Part shown: piece after piece, positions 59,257 through 64,000 of the stretch
Numbering within the stretch: position 1 is the stretch's first letter
Layout: each line of letters begins with the position of its first letter
IMG/VR virus record: IMGVR_UViG_3300046171_000227
Coordinates: 1-64,000 of that record
DNA: 64,000 nucleotides
Origin: a virus
Strand: one strand, 5' to 3'
Notes under the pieces: model-generated
Database searches by the model: none
Seen by the model: the letters and a program-made list of their open reading frames with translations, nothing else
Told to the model about the DNA's origin: nothing
Made by a program: the position numbers and the translations under genes

Positions 59257-60484
59257 CTACTTCTTTACCTTGTACTTATTTATGAAATTCTTGATACTAG
59301 TAGTGCCTGTTGCTGCCATAGCATTCTTAAGGTATCCACCAGTTCCATCTAAAGTATTAGGTTTGCCAGGAGTTCTCATCCGACGCTCCATGGTTTTCTC
59401 ATCATACTCCATGACATCACGAATCCATGACTTGAACATATAATCTTCTTTTGTCAAACAGATAAGATGATTAGTTCCTCTACGGATGATCTTACCAATC
59501 AATCCAGTGTTCAGGTTCTCTACAATATCACCAATCCTATAAATCAATCCATTTACATATTGCTCACGAAGTCCCTTTGCATCAAACTTTGGAGCAATCT
59601 CCCACATCTCAGCAGTAACTTTCTCTTTCTTCTTAATCTTCATTCCATCAGCAACAGCATCAAACAATGATTTAGCTTGAGAATCTGTTACTAATTTAGG
59701 AAGTCCCTTCTTGAAGGAATCCATGTCACCATCTACAACTGCTTTCCTCATCTTGGAAGCAGACATTCCCTCAACACCCTCAGCGTCTGCATCTCTTGCA
59801 CCAGCAGAGATTACTTTTATTTCACTGAAAGTTGTAGAGTTCGCCATTATATTTCTGTGCAAGGTTTTCAAACTCTGCTTGACGATCTGAACCGACGATT
59901 ATATTAACCTTATCAAAATCTCTATCAGCACTCTGAAGAACATTAAATATAGATCTCATTTCATCATCGTTAATAATGTTCTCCTTAAAGTCAGGAAACA
60001 TTTTTCTCATGAAGTTAACCTTCTTATCAGGATCAAGAGGGTTCTTCTTCTTATCTTGAGTTCTCGAAGGGAATATCCTTAATGTACCATTAGCGGCAAC
60101 TTTCTTTGCCATCTTCAGTAACTTCTCATGTCCAACAGTGGGAGGATTGAATCTACCAAAAGCAAGAGTAAGTGTATCGCTACCAACTACTTTCTCTGCT
60201 TCCTCTCCACCTTTCTTCTTTTCTTTCTGTGGAGCTTTGTCCACAGACATTGTTTTAGTTTTGAGTTTAGGTTCTACCTTTTTTGTATTAGGAGTCTGAT
60301 CTGGATCTCTTCCAGGTTTTTGATTTTTATCAAAGAACTTTAATTTACCACCAACAGTTTTAGCGACAAACTCGCCGGATCGATCTAACCATCCGCCATG
60401 TCCATCGCCTTTCAAACCAAGTTTTCTCGCCTGTGACGCAGCTTCTGTTTCTGCTTCACTAAGGAACTGAAAGAAACTTTTCAT
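59257..60484 (-). CDS. Cytidylyltransferase-like (HxGH nucleotidyltransferase); apparent indel at ~59829
   Basis: FGRFNPPTVGHEKL, VGSDR, SAGARD...MSASKMR. Confidence 0.82.
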
Positions 60485-60514
60485 CTATATGATTTTTTTC
60501 CTATATGTTATTTA

Positions 60515-60772
60515 TTAGAGTTTACCTCCAACAATAGAAGATCCAATCACACGACTATAATCATCAAGAGTTCCGTCAATCTCACACTTAAGATGCCACC
60601 TAGTCATTTCAATGACATCTTCTTTGTGTAAACCAGTAAGCATCTTTCTACCTTGAACTGTCATCGTACTATGAAGTCCATAGCGTGTTTCCCACACATA
60701 GAATGCTTCATCAATCAGTTCCGATCCTTCTGGAATTTTAATTTCTTGATCAGTCTGTGCTTGATTCGTCAT
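60515..60772 (-). CDS. Hypothetical protein
   Basis: MTRWHLKC...IVGGKL. Confidence 0.6.
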   Translation of the reverse strand: MTNQAQTDQEIKIPEGSELIDEAFYVWETRYGLHSTMTVQGRKMLTGLHKEDVIEMTRWHLKCEIDGTLDDYSRVIGSSIVGGKL

Positions 60773-60971
60773 TTTCCTCCTTTTTGTTGAATCCAAATGG
60801 GCCTTCTTTCTTTTCTAATGCAAGTTTCAATGCAACACCACCAACTGCTTCCATAACTCTCAAGATGTCTTCTGCCTTAGCATCTTCTCCAAGTTCCTTT
60901 GCTACATACCAATACTTAGGCCAAAATGTTTCTCCTGCTTTTTGATAATCTTCAAGTGTTAATAATTTCAT
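60750..60971 (-). CDS. Hypothetical protein
   Basis: FWPKYWYVAKELGE...GPFGF. Confidence 0.6.
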   Translation of the reverse strand: MKLLTLEDYQKAGETFWPKYWYVAKELGEDAKAEDILRVMEAVGGVALKLALEKKEGPFGFNKKEENDESSTD

Positions 60972-61136
60972 TTGTTACTCTCCTCAAAGTCACGTTCAAT
61001 TTCTTTATCTAACATGCTATTACTTCTCTAAGCAATACGACACGAGTGGAGGGAAAATCGTAAGAATCATCTTTAGTATGTAGGAACAAGGCATATCCTA
61101 AGGCATTTGCTTGCTCAGAAGTGAGTTCAAGACTAA

Positions 61137-61358
61137 TCATATCTCACCCTCCATTCTTTTAATTTGTTCTGTAAGATCGCGTAGAATTTTTTCTCTAGTA
61201 TAGGAACCACTCTTCTCTTTACGAAGATTCATTTCAGTTTCTACTTTTTCAGTGATGGAGGCATGACGACGAATCTCTCCACCCATAGACATTTGGTTTT
61301 TAGTTTGATCCATGCAAAACTTCAGTTGCATGAGTTCCATATCATCAAATTCAATCAC
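61137..61358 (-). CDS. Hypothetical protein
   Basis: ORF track; overlaps the mazG stop. Confidence 0.55.
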   Translation of the reverse strand: MIEFDDMELMQLKFCMDQTKNQMSMGGEIRRHASITEKVETEMNLRKEKSGSYTREKILRDLTEQIKRMEGEI

Positions 61359-61747
61359 AGATCACCCTCCTTACGGTTTTCAGAATAGTATGCATCAAAA
61401 GTGCCTTCAGGATATCGAGCACCAAGTTTCTCAACATTCATATCAAGAATCTCATCAAAGTTTGTATCAAGTGCCATAAATGCTTGAGCAAGATACCAGC
61501 AGATATCGCCAAGCTCACGCTTCATATGAAACACATTCTCTTCATTATAAGGTTTACCTTGAAAGAGAATCTTTTTTACAACTTCAGTAAACTCACCAGA
61601 CTCAGCAGTCAACCCAAGTGCAGCAGTGAGAAGTTGTGTAGTGTTGGTTCCTGTTACTTCAAGTTCTGCAAGACGAGATGCCATAGCACCATACTCCAGA
61701 CTGGGTTCACTGGTGGTTTGCTTAACAAAATCAACGTAGTTGTTCAT
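61355..61747 (-). CDS. mazG: MazG nucleoside triphosphate pyrophosphohydrolase
   Basis: ESGEFTEVVKK, ELGDICWY, NVEKLGARYP. Confidence 0.93.
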   Translation of the reverse strand: MNNYVDFVKQTTSEPSLEYGAMASRLAELEVTGTNTTQLLTAALGLTAESGEFTEVVKKILFQGKPYNEENVFHMKRELGDICWYLAQAFMALDTNFDEILDMNVEKLGARYPEGTFDAYYSENRKEGDL

Positions 61748-61752
61748 AGTTT

Positions 61753-62076
61753 TTAGTCGTGAAAATCAGGAATAAATGGTTCTTGAGAATTTTCGGGAAG
61801 TGATATTTCTCTCCAACTACCACCAACACCACCATCCATATTGACAACAATATCAGTGGTAGGAAGTTGATACGAAGTGTTAACATCAATATCAGTAGCA
61901 GAAATTTGATATGAAGTGTTCACATCAATTATATCACCTGGGAGAGGATTAAATGTGTAGTAATGTCCGTCCCAAGTTTTGTTTCGACTATGAATAAGAA
62001 AGAGAGCATCTCTTTCAGATCCACAGTCAGCAATTTTTTTACTGTCGGGATTAAAGACGGAGTAGTAACCATTCAT
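61753..62076 (-). CDS. Hypothetical protein with an internal 13-aa duplication
   Basis: KIADCGSERDA; IDVNTSYQ occurs twice. Confidence 0.6.
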   Translation of the reverse strand: MNGYYSVFNPDSKKIADCGSERDALFLIHSRNKTWDGHYYTFNPLPGDIIDVNTSYQISATDIDVNTSYQLPTTDIVVNMDGGVGGSWREISLPENSQEPFIPDFHD

Positions 62077-63449
62077 TAGAACTTAAATCCATCAAATGAT
62101 TTTTTAGGTTTGTCTTCGTAAGTATACTCCTCTTCCTGCCCACTGTCAACCATATCAGTCTGGGCAGTTTGCTCACAATCATAAAGACGCATCTTTGCAC
62201 GATCAATACCAACAATGAAACGCTTATACACAGTCGGATCATTGTAGCGATTCTTCAACTGCTTCACCATAATCTGCCCGAGTTCTTCAAGCTCATCAGT
62301 TGAAATAAGGGCAAACATAAAATCAGCAGTAGCAGGGAGGCCAAAGGACTCACTAGTATCAGTAAGCTCAACATCAGAGCTACCATAACCAGAACGGGTA
62401 GTCTGGGTGGCAGATACGATAGGTACGTTCGCTTCGACAGCGAGTCCTCTAAGTTCTTCAGCAATAGCCTTGATATAACTGTATGAATTGACAGAAAGGT
62501 TTCCGCGATACCTAGAGGAAGCACATATATTAAGGTAATCAATGAAAATAATGTCAGGACGAAATGATTTCTTAATAGCGAGTTCATTAAGCAAACCACG
62601 GAAATGTCCTGCATGTGCTGACGCAGTAGGGTATTCCTTAATAATTAGGGTGCCTTGAGTCTTTTCTGAGAGTTTTGTCACCTTACTCTCATATATCATC
62701 TTGGGAAGATCCGATATCTCCTGAATGGGTACATTAAGAAGGTTTGCATCAATTCGCTCTGCAATCTTTTCTTCAGCCATTTCAAGCGTGATGTATAGCA
62801 CGTTTTTTCCGTTAAGGAGTGCCGAAGCAGCGACATGGCACATAAACAAACTCTTACCGACGCCAGTGCCAGCGAGAGCAATATTAAGCGTCTTGTTAGG
62901 GATCCCGCCTTTCGTAATCTTGTTGAAATACTCCAAGTCGAATTCGGTTTTGTCTTCTTTCCTGTGGTAGGACTCATAACGTGCCTCATAGTCTTGAAGG
63001 TAATCATGTCCTACATGGGTGTCAAATGACACTGCAAGGGCATCAGAAAGAATAGTTGGAATAGCATCACGATTCTTCTTTTCGTCCTGTCCATCGGCAA
63101 TAGAGATGGACTCCATCAATGCCAAGTAGATAGCACGATCACGGCACCACTTCTCAGTCGTAGATACCAACCATTCAAACTCAGTAGGTGCTTCTTCTAA
63201 TAAAGAGATGAGTTGAGTTATTTCTTTATAGTCACCATCAGTAATGTCCTGACGCTTCTCCGTTTCAATACAGAGAATCTCTTTGGTAACTGGTTTGTTA
63301 TATTGTTCTACAAATTTAAGAATCTCTTCGTAAACAATCTTTTGACTACGATTATCAAAATAATCTGATTTGATAAATGGAATTACCTTACGGACATATT
63401 CCTCATTATAAAGTAGGTTTCTAAGAATTAGAAACTCAACATTGTCCAT
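62076..63449 (-). CDS. gp41: Replicative DNA helicase gp41
   Basis: AGTGVGKS, YITLEMAEE, IKEYPT, IDYLNIC, QLKNRY. Confidence 0.96.
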   Translation of the reverse strand: MDNVEFLILRNLLYNEEYVRKVIPFIKSDYFDNRSQKIVYEEILKFVEQYNKPVTKEILCIETEKRQDITDGDYKEITQLISLLEEAPTEFEWLVSTTEKWCRDRAIYLALMESISIADGQDEKKNRDAIPTILSDALAVSFDTHVGHDYLQDYEARYESYHRKEDKTEFDLEYFNKITKGGIPNKTLNIALAGTGVGKSLFMCHVAASALLNGKNVLYITLEMAEEKIAERIDANLLNVPIQEISDLPKMIYESKVTKLSEKTQGTLIIKEYPTASAHAGHFRGLLNELAIKKSFRPDIIFIDYLNICASSRYRGNLSVNSYSYIKAIAEELRGLAVEANVPIVSATQTTRSGYGSSDVELTDTSESFGLPATADFMFALISTDELEELGQIMVKQLKNRYNDPTVYKRFIVGIDRAKMRLYDCEQTAQTDMVDSGQEEEYTYEDKPKKSFDGFKF

Positions 63450-64000
63450 AACTAAACTCCTGTTTTGCAATCTCGTCTAATTTTTCCATCACCTCTGGGG
63501 TGAAGTATTGTTCTGGATCTTTATAGATCGCCTTTGCATAGACTTTCTTACCGTCTATTTCATAGCGTCCAGCCACATTCTTCCAAAGTCCACCAAGTTC
63601 TCCCAATTCAAGCAAACCGTAGTAACGATCCAAACCACGATTATCATAGTAAAGGCGAACGGTAACATCTTTGTTCTCCTTGCTTAAACGCGACTTAGCA
63701 GTCTTTGCCTTGATAAGATTTCCAACGACTTCAGTTCCATCCTTTTTCTTTCTTCTTAGACAAGTAGATGATAGAAGAGGCAGCGTACTTGAGTCCAGAA
63801 CCTCCACCCATTTCTTTAGTTGGGACATAAGCGCCGATGACATCATAAGTGTGATTCGTAACAATCATTGGAATATTTGCTTGCCCCAGTTTAAGAGTCA
63901 ACATTCTAAATGCACCTTTCACAAGTTGTGATTTAGTCATATCACGGACTTGCTTGTCATTCAAAACGTCTGTAATCTCCTTCTCAGTGGAAAGCATCCC
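63436..64000 (-). CDS. uvsX: UvsX RecA-like recombinase, 3' part (apparent +1 indel at ~63744)
   Basis: [32 protein letters not shown], then KSRLSKEN...GLDRYYGL. Confidence 0.93.

Noticed and set aside
58552-59352. 266-aa Phe/Leu/Ile-rich plus-strand ORF resembling a membrane protein
   Set aside because: It is the reverse complement of Lys/Glu-rich codons on the coding strand.
1-64000. CRISPR array, IS element, integrase or rRNA
   Set aside because: No regularly spaced repeats, transposase, integrase or rRNA-like sequence seen; the Cas4-like nuclease at 3966-4649 is a standard stand-alone phage gene.

Overview
The window is a 64-kb segment of a T4-like cyanomyovirus genome, probably one that infects Synechococcus (psbD, zwf, gnd, petE and 8 tRNAs are present). 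Almost all genes are on the minus strand. T4 core genes (gp48, gp53, gp32, gp59, gp33, exonuclease, phoH, thyX, nrdA/nrdB, primase, mazG, gp41 helicase, uvsX) surround three accessory blocks: (i) photosynthesis and carbon-metabolism genes (speD, talC, psbD, psbA, zwf, gnd, PTOX, petE, petF, two hli, a porin-like gene); (ii) a ~17-kb nucleotide-sugar/glycosyltransferase island that also contains NadE and a radical SAM enzyme; (iii) a tRNA array followed by an intact glycogen phosphorylase beside nrdB. The most striking non-coding feature is a glutamine (glnA-type) riboswitch at 7160-7440. Its P2 stem is formed by pairing the start and stop codon regions of a complete 66-aa ORF that sits in the P2 loop, and a second, circularly permuted aptamer-like unit lies in its P3 loop. 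Many conserved genes carry single-base indels at short homopolymers, most likely sequencing errors. All family assignments come from motif recognition by eye; no database search was run.
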